Origin: Limnoglobus sp.
GTDB lineage: Bacteria; Planctomycetota; Planctomycetia; Gemmatales; Gemmataceae
NCBI GenBank assembly: GCA_043727665.1
Contig: JAYSYI010000468.1
Span: 1-33,034 of the forward strand
DNA: 33,034 nucleotides
Direction: 5' to 3'
The notes beneath the pieces were generated by a model. It was not told the origin of the DNA. It was given only the letters and a program-made list of their open reading frames with translations, and made no database searches. Numbering within the stretch: the first letter of the stretch is position 1; each line of letters opens with the position of its first letter. Below are positions 20,201 through 28,791 of the stretch, piece by piece. Position numbers and translations under genes: made by a program.

Positions 20201-21606
20201 ACGAACCCAACCGTCGCGATTGTTTTTCCTGGTCCGCACGCGGACTCGGTGTGGCCGCGTTCGCAAATTTACTTTCCCGCGATGCCTGCGGCGCGACGCC
20301 AAAGCCGCACTTTGCCGCGAAGGCGAAACGGGTCGTTCACATCTCACTGATCGGCGGGCTAAGCCACCTCGATTCGTTCGACTACAAGCCGACGCTGAAG
20401 AAGTTTCACGGAAAACCGCTGCCATCGAAGGAGATTCCCGACATTTTCTTCGGGCAAGTCGGGTTGCTACGGCAACCGGACTGGGCGTTCAAGCCGCGTG
20501 GGAAGTCGGGGCTGATGATCTCCGATCTGTTCCCGTACATCGCGGAAATGGCCGACGAACTGACGATCATTCGTTCGATGACGGCAGACTCGGCGAACCA
20601 CACGCCGGCGTTGTACATCGAAAATAGCGGGTTCCAATTCAGCGGGTTTCCGTCGGCGGGTAGCTGGGTGAGTTACGGCCTCGGCAGCGAAACCGAGGAG
20701 TTGCCCGCGTACGTGATCTTGCCCGATCCGCGTGGGCTGCCGAACGGCGGGTCGTCGATCTGGTCGAGCGGGTTCCTGCCGGCGGAGCATCAGGGCGTGC
20801 TGTTCCAGACGGGTGCGACACCGGTTCGCGACTTGTTCCCGGCGGTCAAACGCTCGGTCGCGGCGGAGGCCGATAGCCTCGAATTGCTTCGCACGATGAA
20901 CGCACACCATCAGCAGCGCTCCGGCGATGAAGGGCTGTTGGCCGCACGGATTCGTAGTTACGAGCTTGCAGCAAAGATGCAATTATCCGTGCCATCGCTC
21001 GTCGACTTGAGCCAAGAGACGGTGGCGACGCAATCAGTGTACGGCCTTGATCGACCGCAGACCGCGCCGTTTGGCCGCAACTGCTTGCTCGCGCGGCGAC
21101 TGCTCGAACGCGGCGTGCGGTTCGTACAACTGTTCTCCGGTGGGCCGATTGCGGGCAATCCGCGACTGAGTTGGGACGCGCACGAGAATGTGAAAGACAA
21201 TCACACGATCGAAGCCGGCAAGATCGATCAACCCGTGGCGGGCTTACTCCGCGACTTGAAACAGCGCGATATGCTGAAAGATACACTCGTGCTGTTCACG
21301 ACTGAATTTGGCCGCACACCGTTTGCACAATCGGGGCCGGAGATCGTCGGGCCTGGCCGCGACCACAACAAATATGGCTTCTCCGTGTGGCTCGCCGGCG
21401 CGGGTTTGAAAGCGGGAAGCGTCTACGGGGCTACCGACGAGATCGGCTGGAAGGCCGCCGAACACCCCGTGGCGTGGCACGATTTCCACGCCACGATTTT
21501 GCACTTACTCGGCCTCGATCACGAAAAACTAAACTTCTACCACAACGGAATCCGCCGCCGCCTCACGAACGTCCACGGCGAAGTCGTTCACGGAATGCTC
21601 GCATAA
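20197..21606 (+). CDS. DUF1501 domain protein with Tat-like signal
   Basis: NRRD..F twin-arginine; AKAKRVVH...GGLSHLDSFDYKP; FGRNCLLARRLLERGVRFVQL; TEFGRTP; GRDH; ATGA overlap with the upstream gene. Confidence 0.93.
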   Translation: MNEPNRRDCFSWSARGLGVAAFANLLSRDACGATPKPHFAAKAKRVVHISLIGGLSHLDSFDYKPTLKKFHGKPLPSKEIPDIFFGQVGLLRQPDWAFKPRGKSGLMISDLFPYIAEMADELTIIRSMTADSANHTPALYIENSGFQFSGFPSAGSWVSYGLGSETEELPAYVILPDPRGLPNGGSSIWSSGFLPAEHQGVLFQTGATPVRDLFPAVKRSVAAEADSLELLRTMNAHHQQRSGDEGLLAARIRSYELAAKMQLSVPSLVDLSQETVATQSVYGLDRPQTAPFGRNCLLARRLLERGVRFVQLFSGGPIAGNPRLSWDAHENVKDNHTIEAGKIDQPVAGLLRDLKQRDMLKDTLVLFTTEFGRTPFAQSGPEIVGPGRDHNKYGFSVWLAGAGLKAGSVYGATDEIGWKAAEHPVAWHDFHATILHLLGLDHEKLNFYHNGIRRRLTNVHGEVVHGMLA

Positions 21607-21611
21607 CCGTT

Positions 21612-24224
21612 TCACATCACAGGCTTAAATACCAGCCCATCGTGGCTCATGTCGTAATCGACCATGACGGTCATACCATCGCGGATGTCGCCTTTTAGCA
21701 GCGACTTGCCGAGTGCGGTTTCAAGTTCTTTTTGCAGAACGCGCTTCAGTGGCCGCGCACCGTAGGCGGGGTCGTAACCGAGCTTCACGAGATACGATTT
21801 CGCCTCGTCGGAGATCGTCAGAACGATCTTGCGATCGCGGAGCCGTTCGCGGAGATGTTCGAGTTGAATGTCGATAATCTTCGCGAGGTTTGCTTCGGTC
21901 AGCGTGTGGAAAACGATGATGTCGTCGATGCGGTTGAGGAACTCGGGGCGGAACGCTTTGCGGAGTTCGTCGAGCACCGCTTGCTTCATACGGTCGTAAA
22001 TTTCGCCGATGTGCGTGCCCTTAAATTGTAAGATTTTCTGGCTGCCGACGTTCGACGTCATGATGATGATCGTGTTTTTGAAATTGACCGTCCGCCCTTG
22101 ACTGTCGGTGAGACGGCCATCGTCGAGAACTTGCAACAGCACGTTGAAAACGTCGGGGTGGGCCTTCTCAATTTCGTCGAAAAGGATCACGCAGTACGCT
22201 CGTCGGCGTACCGCTTCGGTGAGTTGCCCGCCTTCGTCGTGGCCGATGTATCCGGGCGGCGCGCCGAGCAATCGCGATACGGTGTGGCGTTCCTGATACT
22301 CGCTCATGTCGATGCGGATCATCGCGCGATCGTCGTCGAAAAGGAAGGCCGCGAGGGCACGGGCGAGTTCGGTTTTGCCGACGCCGGTGGGGCCGAGGAA
22401 AATGAAACTGCCGATGGGGCGGTTCGGATCGTTCAGCCCGGATCGCGCCCGAACGACCGCTTCGCTGATTGCGGTCACGGCTTCTTCTTGCCCCACGACG
22501 CGGCGATGCAATTCGTCCTCGAGGTGCAAGAGTTTCTCGGTTTCGCCTTCCATCAACTTCGTCACAGGAACGCCAGTCCAACGGCTGACGACGGCGGCGA
22601 TGTCGGCTTCGCCGACTTCTTCTTTGATCAGGCGGTTCGTCGATTTCTGCTGGGAAAGCCGTTCTTCTTCGAGCTTGAGTTGCTTTTCGAGGTCGGGAAG
22701 CGTGCCGAACTTCAATTCGGCCGCCTTGCTGTAATCGGACTCGCGCTCGTAGCGTTCGAGCAGTTGCTTGGCGGACTCGATCTGCGTTCGCAACGACTTC
22801 AAACCCTCGACGGCTTTCTTCTCGCTCTGCCACTGTGCGGAGAATGCATCGGACTGCGTCTTGAGGTTCGCGAGTTCCTTTTCGAGTTTCGCGAGCCGAT
22901 CTTGCGAGCCGGTGTCATTCTCTTTCTTGAGCGCTTCGCGTTCGATTTCGAGTTGGCGAACGCGACGGGAAATCTCGTCCAGTTCGGTGGGTAACGAGTC
23001 GATCTCGGTGCGAATCTTAGCGGCGGCTTCGTCCATCAGGTCGATCGCTTTATCGGGCAAGAAGCGGTCCGCGATGTATCGGTTCGATAGCACCGCCGCC
23101 GCGACGAGTGCCGCATCCTTGATGCGGACACCGTGGTGCGCCTGATAGCGATCCTTCAAGCCACGCAAGATCGAAATCGTATCTTCGACCGACGGTTGAT
23201 CGACAAACACCGGCTGAAATCGCCGTTCCAGTGCCGCGTCTTTCTCGATGTGCGTGCGATATTCGTCGAGCGTCGTCGCCCCGATGCAGTGCAACTCGCC
23301 GCGTGCGAGCATCGGCTTCAGAATGTTCCCGGCATCCATCGCGCCTTCGGCCTTCCCCGCACCGACGACGGTATGCAGTTCGTCGATGAACAGAATCATC
23401 TCGCCTTCGGAATCGGTGACTTCCTTCAGCACCGCTTTCAGGCGTTCCTCGAACTCGCCGCGATACTTCGCACCGGCGATGAGCGCCCCCATATCGAGCG
23501 AGCAAATCCGCTTGTTCTTCAGCCCTTCGGGCACGTCGCCACGGTAAATCCGCAGTGCCAAGCCTTCGACAATGGCGGTTTTGCCGACGCCGGGTTCGCC
23601 AATCAGCACGGGGTTATTTTTCGTTCGCCGACTGAGCACTTGAATGACGCGGCGAATTTCTTCGTCGCGGCCAATCACCGGGTCGAGCTTGCCTTTCGCG
23701 GCCATCTGCGTGAGATCGCGGCCATATTTTTCGAGTGCCTGATATGTCTCTTCGGGATTCTGCGTCGTGACTCTCTGACTGCCACGAACTTCCTTTAACA
23801 CGGTTTCGAGCCTCTTCTTCGTGAGGCCCGCTTCCCGCAATATCATTCCCGATGCGCCTTTTTCGTCGACCATTGCCAACAGCAAGTGTTCGACCGAAAC
23901 GTACTCGTCTTTCAGGCGTTTCGCTTCGTCCTCGGCATCGGCAATCAGCTTGTTGAACCGCCCGCTGCCGTACTGGTTTTCGGGTGTCCCCGATGCCGAA
24001 GTGACGCTCGGTAGTTTTTCGAGATCGCGATGGAGCTTGCCCGCAAGTAGATCCGGCGACACGCCCGCTTTGTTCAAAATTGCCGACGTCAGCCCGCGAT
24101 CTTGCTCGATGAGTGCCAATAACAGGTGTTCGAGGTCAATCTGCTGATGGTTGAGCTTCGCGGCCGACTTTTGCGCATTCGCCAAGGCTTCACGAGCTTT
24201 TTCGGTGAAACGATTCGCGTCCAT
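21612..24224 (-). CDS. clpB: ATP-dependent chaperone ClpB
   Basis: Clp N repeats; NBD1 GEPGVGKT / LFIDELH; long M-domain coiled coil; NBD2 GPTGVGKT / LFDEIEK; GARPLKR; start MDANRFTEK. Confidence 0.97.
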   Translation of the reverse strand: MDANRFTEKAREALANAQKSAAKLNHQQIDLEHLLLALIEQDRGLTSAILNKAGVSPDLLAGKLHRDLEKLPSVTSASGTPENQYGSGRFNKLIADAEDEAKRLKDEYVSVEHLLLAMVDEKGASGMILREAGLTKKRLETVLKEVRGSQRVTTQNPEETYQALEKYGRDLTQMAAKGKLDPVIGRDEEIRRVIQVLSRRTKNNPVLIGEPGVGKTAIVEGLALRIYRGDVPEGLKNKRICSLDMGALIAGAKYRGEFEERLKAVLKEVTDSEGEMILFIDELHTVVGAGKAEGAMDAGNILKPMLARGELHCIGATTLDEYRTHIEKDAALERRFQPVFVDQPSVEDTISILRGLKDRYQAHHGVRIKDAALVAAAVLSNRYIADRFLPDKAIDLMDEAAAKIRTEIDSLPTELDEISRRVRQLEIEREALKKENDTGSQDRLAKLEKELANLKTQSDAFSAQWQSEKKAVEGLKSLRTQIESAKQLLERYERESDYSKAAELKFGTLPDLEKQLKLEEERLSQQKSTNRLIKEEVGEADIAAVVSRWTGVPVTKLMEGETEKLLHLEDELHRRVVGQEEAVTAISEAVVRARSGLNDPNRPIGSFIFLGPTGVGKTELARALAAFLFDDDRAMIRIDMSEYQERHTVSRLLGAPPGYIGHDEGGQLTEAVRRRAYCVILFDEIEKAHPDVFNVLLQVLDDGRLTDSQGRTVNFKNTIIIMTSNVGSQKILQFKGTHIGEIYDRMKQAVLDELRKAFRPEFLNRIDDIIVFHTLTEANLAKIIDIQLEHLRERLRDRKIVLTISDEAKSYLVKLGYDPAYGARPLKRVLQKELETALGKSLLKGDIRDGMTVMVDYDMSHDGLVFKPVM

Positions 24225-24245
24225 GGGCATAATTCTCAAATAGGT

Positions 24246-24256
24246 GGTGAAACTAC
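24246..24256 (-). promoter_or_regulatory. Candidate regulatory 11-mer GTAGTTTCACC upstream of clpB
   Basis: Identical copy upstream of msrB at almost the same distance from the start codon. Confidence 0.3.
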
Positions 24257-24305
24257 CAACCTCATTTTAACGAGCAAGTCCGCGTGCCTTCTATTTTTCG
24301 ATGAC

Positions 24306-24749
24306 TTAAGTCAATTCTCCCTCAACGAAATCGAGCGATACGGAGTTCAAACAGTAGCGTTGTCCCGTCGGTCGCGGGCCATCGGGGAAGACGTGCCCGA
24401 GGTGGCTATCGCAACGGGCGCAGCGAATTTCGGTGCGAACCATACCGTGACTATCATCGACGATGCACGCGACGTGTTCGGTATCGAACGGGGCGAAGAA
24501 ACTCGGCCAGCCGGTGCCCGATTCGAACTTGGCGTTCGAGCGAAACAACGGCAGATTGCACAACCGACAGTGGTAAACGCCCACTTCCTTCTGCTTGAGC
24601 AAACCGCCACAAAACGCAGGTTCGGTGCCTTGGTGCAACAGCACGCGACGTTCTTCGGGTGAAAGCCCCTTTGTCAATAGCGATAACTGTTCCGCACTGG
24701 GGCGAGTCAAATCGTGCCCACTCGACGAGGTATGTGTTGCGTTCATCAT
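24306..24749 (-). CDS. msrB: Peptide-methionine (R)-S-oxide reductase
   Basis: GTEPAF, CRLC and CARC zinc pairs, KFESGTGWPSF, HLGHVFPDGP, RYCLNS (catalytic Cys); start at 24749 or 24746 after GGAGA. Confidence 0.96.
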   Translation of the reverse strand: MMNATHTSSSGHDLTRPSAEQLSLLTKGLSPEERRVLLHQGTEPAFCGGLLKQKEVGVYHCRLCNLPLFRSNAKFESGTGWPSFFAPFDTEHVACIVDDSHGMVRTEIRCARCDSHLGHVFPDGPRPTGQRYCLNSVSLDFVEGELT

Positions 24750-24771
24750 TTCTCCCATTGTCGTGTCGTGC

Positions 24772-24782
24772 GGTGAAACTAC
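24772..24782 (-). promoter_or_regulatory. Candidate regulatory 11-mer GTAGTTTCACC upstream of msrB
   Basis: Identical to 24246-24256. Confidence 0.3.
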
Positions 24783-24841
24783 GGATAATTATAGGCAAAG
24801 GGTGATACCGCCCATCTCAATCACTCTCACTCGGTTTCTGC

Positions 24842-25981
24842 ATGAACGACTACACACCGGCGATCCTCGGCGGCCCCACGACATTCGCCAACGGCCCACC
24901 ACCGTGGCCACCCGAGCGCCCCGCCGTGCGCGACGCACTGTTAGCCGCGTACGCCGATGGTGGTTGGGGGCAGTATCACGGCCCGCGTGTGAATGACCTC
25001 GAAACCCGCTTGGCCGTACGATACGGCGTACCCCACGTCCTCACATGTGCCAGCGGCACGCTGGCCGTGGAAACGGCACTGCGTGCGGTTGGCGTTGGCC
25101 CTGGCGACGAAGTCATTATGGCGGCGTACGAGTATGAATCGAACTTCCTAAGCATCATCGCGATTGGCGCAAAACCGGTGCTCGTCGACATCTGCGAAAC
25201 CAACGCGAACTTCGACCCCGCACAACTGGATGCCGCACGTTCGCCCGCAACGAAAGCCGTGCTCGTGTCGCACATTCACGGCGGATATGCACCGATTGAT
25301 GAAATCGCAGTTTGGGCGAAAAACCAGCGAATCGCGGTGATCGAAGACGCCGCACAATCGCCCGCCGCGAACGATGCCGAGACACCAAAAGCGATTGTGG
25401 CAGACATCCGGACGCTGAGCTTCGGCGGTTCGAAAATCCTGACGGCGGGGCGTGGCGGCGCGTTGTTGTTTGCGAATGAAAAAGCGTTCCAGCGGGCGAA
25501 ACTGTGGCTTAACCGCGGCGTGCAACAGTGGGCCGCACTTAGCGAGTTACAAGCCGCCGTTCTTCTGCCGCAATTCGAATCGCTGAATGCGGAAGTGACC
25601 ACGCGATTGAGCGGAATGCAGGTTCTCGCAGCCGATGTGCCGGGGTTACGAATGTTGCCGGGCGATGGCCTGTACAAAATCGGTTTTGTATTCGATGCTG
25701 TCGTGTTTGGACTTACTCGCGATCGGTTCGTAAAGGCGATGCGGGCAGAAGGCGTGGCATTCGATGCCGGTTTTAAGGCGTTGCACCGGAATCGTGCGCC
25801 CTCGCGATTCCGTGCGATTGGCTCGCTGCCGTTTGCCAGTATCGCGCACAATTCCATCGTGATGTTGCATCATCCCGTCATGCTCGGCGGTCACGCAGCC
25901 GGGCTACAGGTTGCCCGTGCGATTGCGAAAACGTACCGTAACGCAGAGCGAATTCGTGCCGAATTCCCGCCACTTTCCTGA
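24842..25981 (+). CDS. DegT/DnrJ/EryC1/StrS family PLP-dependent aminotransferase
   Basis: SGTLA..ALRAVGVGPGDEVI, IEDAAQS, SFGGSKILTAGRGG (PLP Lys), LSELQAA. Confidence 0.9.
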   Translation: MNDYTPAILGGPTTFANGPPPWPPERPAVRDALLAAYADGGWGQYHGPRVNDLETRLAVRYGVPHVLTCASGTLAVETALRAVGVGPGDEVIMAAYEYESNFLSIIAIGAKPVLVDICETNANFDPAQLDAARSPATKAVLVSHIHGGYAPIDEIAVWAKNQRIAVIEDAAQSPAANDAETPKAIVADIRTLSFGGSKILTAGRGGALLFANEKAFQRAKLWLNRGVQQWAALSELQAAVLLPQFESLNAEVTTRLSGMQVLAADVPGLRMLPGDGLYKIGFVFDAVVFGLTRDRFVKAMRAEGVAFDAGFKALHRNRAPSRFRAIGSLPFASIAHNSIVMLHHPVMLGGHAAGLQVARAIAKTYRNAERIRAEFPPLS

Positions 25982-25993
25982 TAGGGCCACCCG

Positions 25994-27601
25994 ATGCCGC
26001 GCCTTCTGACTGGTTTCGTACTGTTCTTTCTGACAGCGATTTCGACACTCGCCGCCGACGCCCCCGCCGGTTCGTGGAAGCTCACACTTCGCTCGGAACG
26101 TCAGCCGATTTTGGTGCTGATTTCCTTCGCGCAAACCGATGGAAAATGGGTCGCTGATTACATCGATTCGACCGCGCAGTTCAACAAGGAACCGAAGTTC
26201 ACCGATGTCAAAGTCGTCGATGACAACCTGAAATTCACCTTGCTGATCGAATCCATCGCGTTCAGTTTCGATGGCATCGTTGCGAAAGACGGCAAGAAAA
26301 TTACCGGCTCATTGAGTCAGGGAACGGCGCTCGAACTCACCGAGTTGCGGCCGAGTACGTTGAAGAAAATCGATGGCTTCGAGTTGGTTCGCGAGACGCT
26401 GACACAGACCGACGAACCCCAAGCCGTATACGATGCGTCGTTGATCGTGCTGGCACAGGCGGCGGCCAAGAAATTGAAGCCCGACGAGGTTCGCGGCATG
26501 GTCGATCGCGTCATGAAGCTCTCGGCGAGCTACGGCCCACGCTGGGAACGCGCGACGACGCTGAAGTTCGCGGGACTGCTCGCCGATCAGGAGGGTTACG
26601 CCGAAATCGCTCTGGCACAAGCCCGAAAAGCCGAACGGATGCTAACTGACGACGATGAAGCGATCGCTCGTATGGATGTTCTCAACGTGTTGGCTCGTTC
26701 GCTCACGAAGTCGAACAAGGCCGACGAAGCGAAGCCATACTTGGCACAAATCGCCAAGCTCGAACTCCGCGATTATCAAGATTACGCGAAGAAAAACCCT
26801 TCGTACAAGATCGAAGAATTCAAAGGTCGCAAGGCCAAGAGCAACCGCGTCGTGCTCGTCGAACTCTTCTCGTCGGCGGAATTGCCCGCGTGTGCGGCGT
26901 TCGATCTCGCGCGCGATGGCGTGCTGCGGGCGTACAAACCGAGCGATGCGATCGCACTGACTTACCACATGAACATCAAGGATGCGAATGATCCACTCAC
27001 AAACCCCGATACGGTTTTCCGCGTCAACTTTTACGCGGCCAAAGTGAAAACGGGCACGCTCGCGTTCGTCAACGGCAAGCCAGCCGTACGCATTACCGAA
27101 GAAACCACAGCGGAGTCTGCGAAGGATATCTACGCCGCACTTCGCGAGAAGATCGACGAAGATCTCGAAAAGCCAACCGCCGTCAAACTCACGCTGACCG
27201 TTGCGGCCGACCCGAAAGGCTTCGTGGCGAAGGCAGCGATTGCCGACCTCGAAAAACCGAGTGAGCAAATATTCCTTCGTTTCGCGGTGTTCGAAGATCG
27301 CGTACGCTATTACGGCGGCAACGGGATGCGGTACCATCAGCACATCGTTCGTTCATTGCCGGGCGGCAAAGGCTTCGCGCTGACGAAAGCGACCGCCGAG
27401 CATTCGGTGACGATCAACGCCACGGAAATTCGCGAGAAATTGACGAAGTACCTCGAAGATTTCAGCAAGGAAAGCGATTACCCGCGAGCGGATCGCCCGC
27501 TGGAATTGAAGAACCTGAAGCTCGTCGCATTCGTGCAAAACGATTCGACTGGCGAAGTGCTCGACGCGGTGCAAGTCGATCTGGAAGCGAAAAAAGAGTG
27601 A
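25994..27601 (+). CDS. Secreted protein: N-terminal beta domain, TPR-like helices, thioredoxin-like/Omp28-like and Ig-like C-terminal domains
   Basis: Signal peptide (..AISTLA-ADAP); 'VVLVELFSSAELPACAAFD...ALTYH...DPL...FVNGK' and 'HQHIVR...LKLVAFVQNDSTGEVL' resemble Omp28/DUF1223-type proteins. Confidence 0.65.
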   Translation: MPRLLTGFVLFFLTAISTLAADAPAGSWKLTLRSERQPILVLISFAQTDGKWVADYIDSTAQFNKEPKFTDVKVVDDNLKFTLLIESIAFSFDGIVAKDGKKITGSLSQGTALELTELRPSTLKKIDGFELVRETLTQTDEPQAVYDASLIVLAQAAAKKLKPDEVRGMVDRVMKLSASYGPRWERATTLKFAGLLADQEGYAEIALAQARKAERMLTDDDEAIARMDVLNVLARSLTKSNKADEAKPYLAQIAKLELRDYQDYAKKNPSYKIEEFKGRKAKSNRVVLVELFSSAELPACAAFDLARDGVLRAYKPSDAIALTYHMNIKDANDPLTNPDTVFRVNFYAAKVKTGTLAFVNGKPAVRITEETTAESAKDIYAALREKIDEDLEKPTAVKLTLTVAADPKGFVAKAAIADLEKPSEQIFLRFAVFEDRVRYYGGNGMRYHQHIVRSLPGGKGFALTKATAEHSVTINATEIREKLTKYLEDFSKESDYPRADRPLELKNLKLVAFVQNDSTGEVLDAVQVDLEAKKE

Positions 27602-27624
27602 ATCGAAACAGTAGGGGGATAGCG

Positions 27625-28638
27625 ATGCGAATCCGATTGTGTGCATTATTGTTCGGACTCGGGATCATGCTCGTAATGGTCGGTTGGCCGCTGCCGCCGA
27701 ATCAACTGGGGCCTCGTACGCCAATCGGGTTCGCCCCGCCGGAAACGATTCTGGATGGCTCGGCATACAGCGTTCGCATGCACCCGCACTATTCGGACTT
27801 CGATGGCGATGGAGTCGTCGACCAGTTGATCGGCGCGGACGATCGGTTGCTCATCATGCGGAATCGTGGCACGAATGCAAAGCCGGACTACGAACCGCCG
27901 ACGTACTTCGACGCGGTCGAGTCGACGGCAAACCTGCCCCGCGGGTGAAGCCGCGCGGAATTTCGTCCTCAGTTTGGGGACTTCAACGGTGACGGCCGGA
28001 TCGACATCATTACACGCTCCAACTGCTGCGACGTCAGCAATGTCTACGTCTTCCTGCGAAGAGCCGATGGCACTTTCGCACCCAGTATCACGGTCCCGTA
28101 CTCTTCGACCGATACCGATAGGAGCATATTTAGCATGACGCGCAGCCACGCGCAGCCACATCTCCTGGACTGGAATCGTGATGGCCACACCAATCTGATT
28201 CTCGGTGACTGGTCCCTTCAGGTATCGGGGCCGTTGGTGGGCCAGTCGCAGATCGAAACCACGCGGTTCCCACTAACGGAAGTCCCGAATCGCAGGGCCT
28301 ACGACATCCGGTTCATCGACTGGGACGGCGATGGCATTTTCGACATGCTTTTCGCCGGTGCGTATCTCAACCCGGAAAAGAAGCAATCGCTGTACGACAT
28401 CTACTGGTGTCGGAATACATCCCGAGTAGGCGTGCCGAAGTTCGGGCCGCCCGTGCGCCTGTTGGAAGCTCCTTCGCAGTCCGATGGGTGGCGATACGAC
28501 GGGTTCGCGGTTCGGAACCTTGGCCGAACGGGACTGCAAGAGTTGGTCGTCAGTGTCAGCAAAGACTGGGTTCGGAAACCGATAGTCGGTTGGACGAACA
28601 AAAGCCGACTCATGCTCCACCGGCGGAGTGCAGAATGA
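27625..28638 (+). CDS. FG-GAP/VCBS repeat secreted protein with one in-frame TGA (codon 108, 27946-27948): putative recoded selenoprotein, alternatively a pseudogene
   Basis: ORFs 27598..27948 and 28135..28638 share a frame. The 62 codons between them are open and encode FRPQFGDFNGDGRIDII. There are five DxDGDG-type repeats in total, a hydrophobic N-terminal signal, and a GGGGG RBS before ATG 27625. Confidence 0.75.
27950..27996 (+). promoter_or_regulatory. SECIS-like mRNA stem-loop directly 3' of the in-frame UGA
   Basis: GTCCTCA(27965-71)-GTT-TGGGGAC(27975-81) 7-bp stem with one G-U pair and a G-starting loop; flanking GAA/TTC and GCCG/CGGC pairing is possible. Folded by eye only. Confidence 0.4.
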
Positions 28639-28717
28639 GAATCATCAGCCCCTCGCATGGTGTCACCATGGGCCACGTGAGCAATACTTTCGGGACCGAA
28701 GAAAACGACGATCCAAC

Positions 28718-28741
28718 GTAGTCGAAGTTTCAAGACTTCGG
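28718..28741 (+). repeat. GTAG-type REP-like palindrome GTAG-TCGAAGTT-TCAA-GACTTCGG
   Basis: GTAG foot followed by an 8-bp stem with G-T wobbles and a 4-nt loop, between convergent genes. Confidence 0.55.
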
Positions 28742-28791
28742 AACGAATGAAGCCACCGCGGAGCCTACCCTGCGCGCTGAGAACGTGGGAA

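Noticed and set aside
21732-24147. Long plus-strand ORFs antisense to clpB (e.g. 22098..22994, 23133..23798), and similar shadow ORFs across the window
   Set aside because: Typical antisense shadows of GC-rich coding sequence; no independent motifs.
24274-24288. Sigma-54-like promoter GGCACG-CGGAC-TTGC on the minus strand upstream of clpB
   Set aside because: GG-to-GC spacing is 11 nt rather than the strict 10 nt required for -24/-12 promoters. It is suggestive but not callable.
24306-24749. MsrB as a selenoprotein
   Set aside because: The catalytic residue is an ordinary Cys in RYCLNS; no in-frame TGA.
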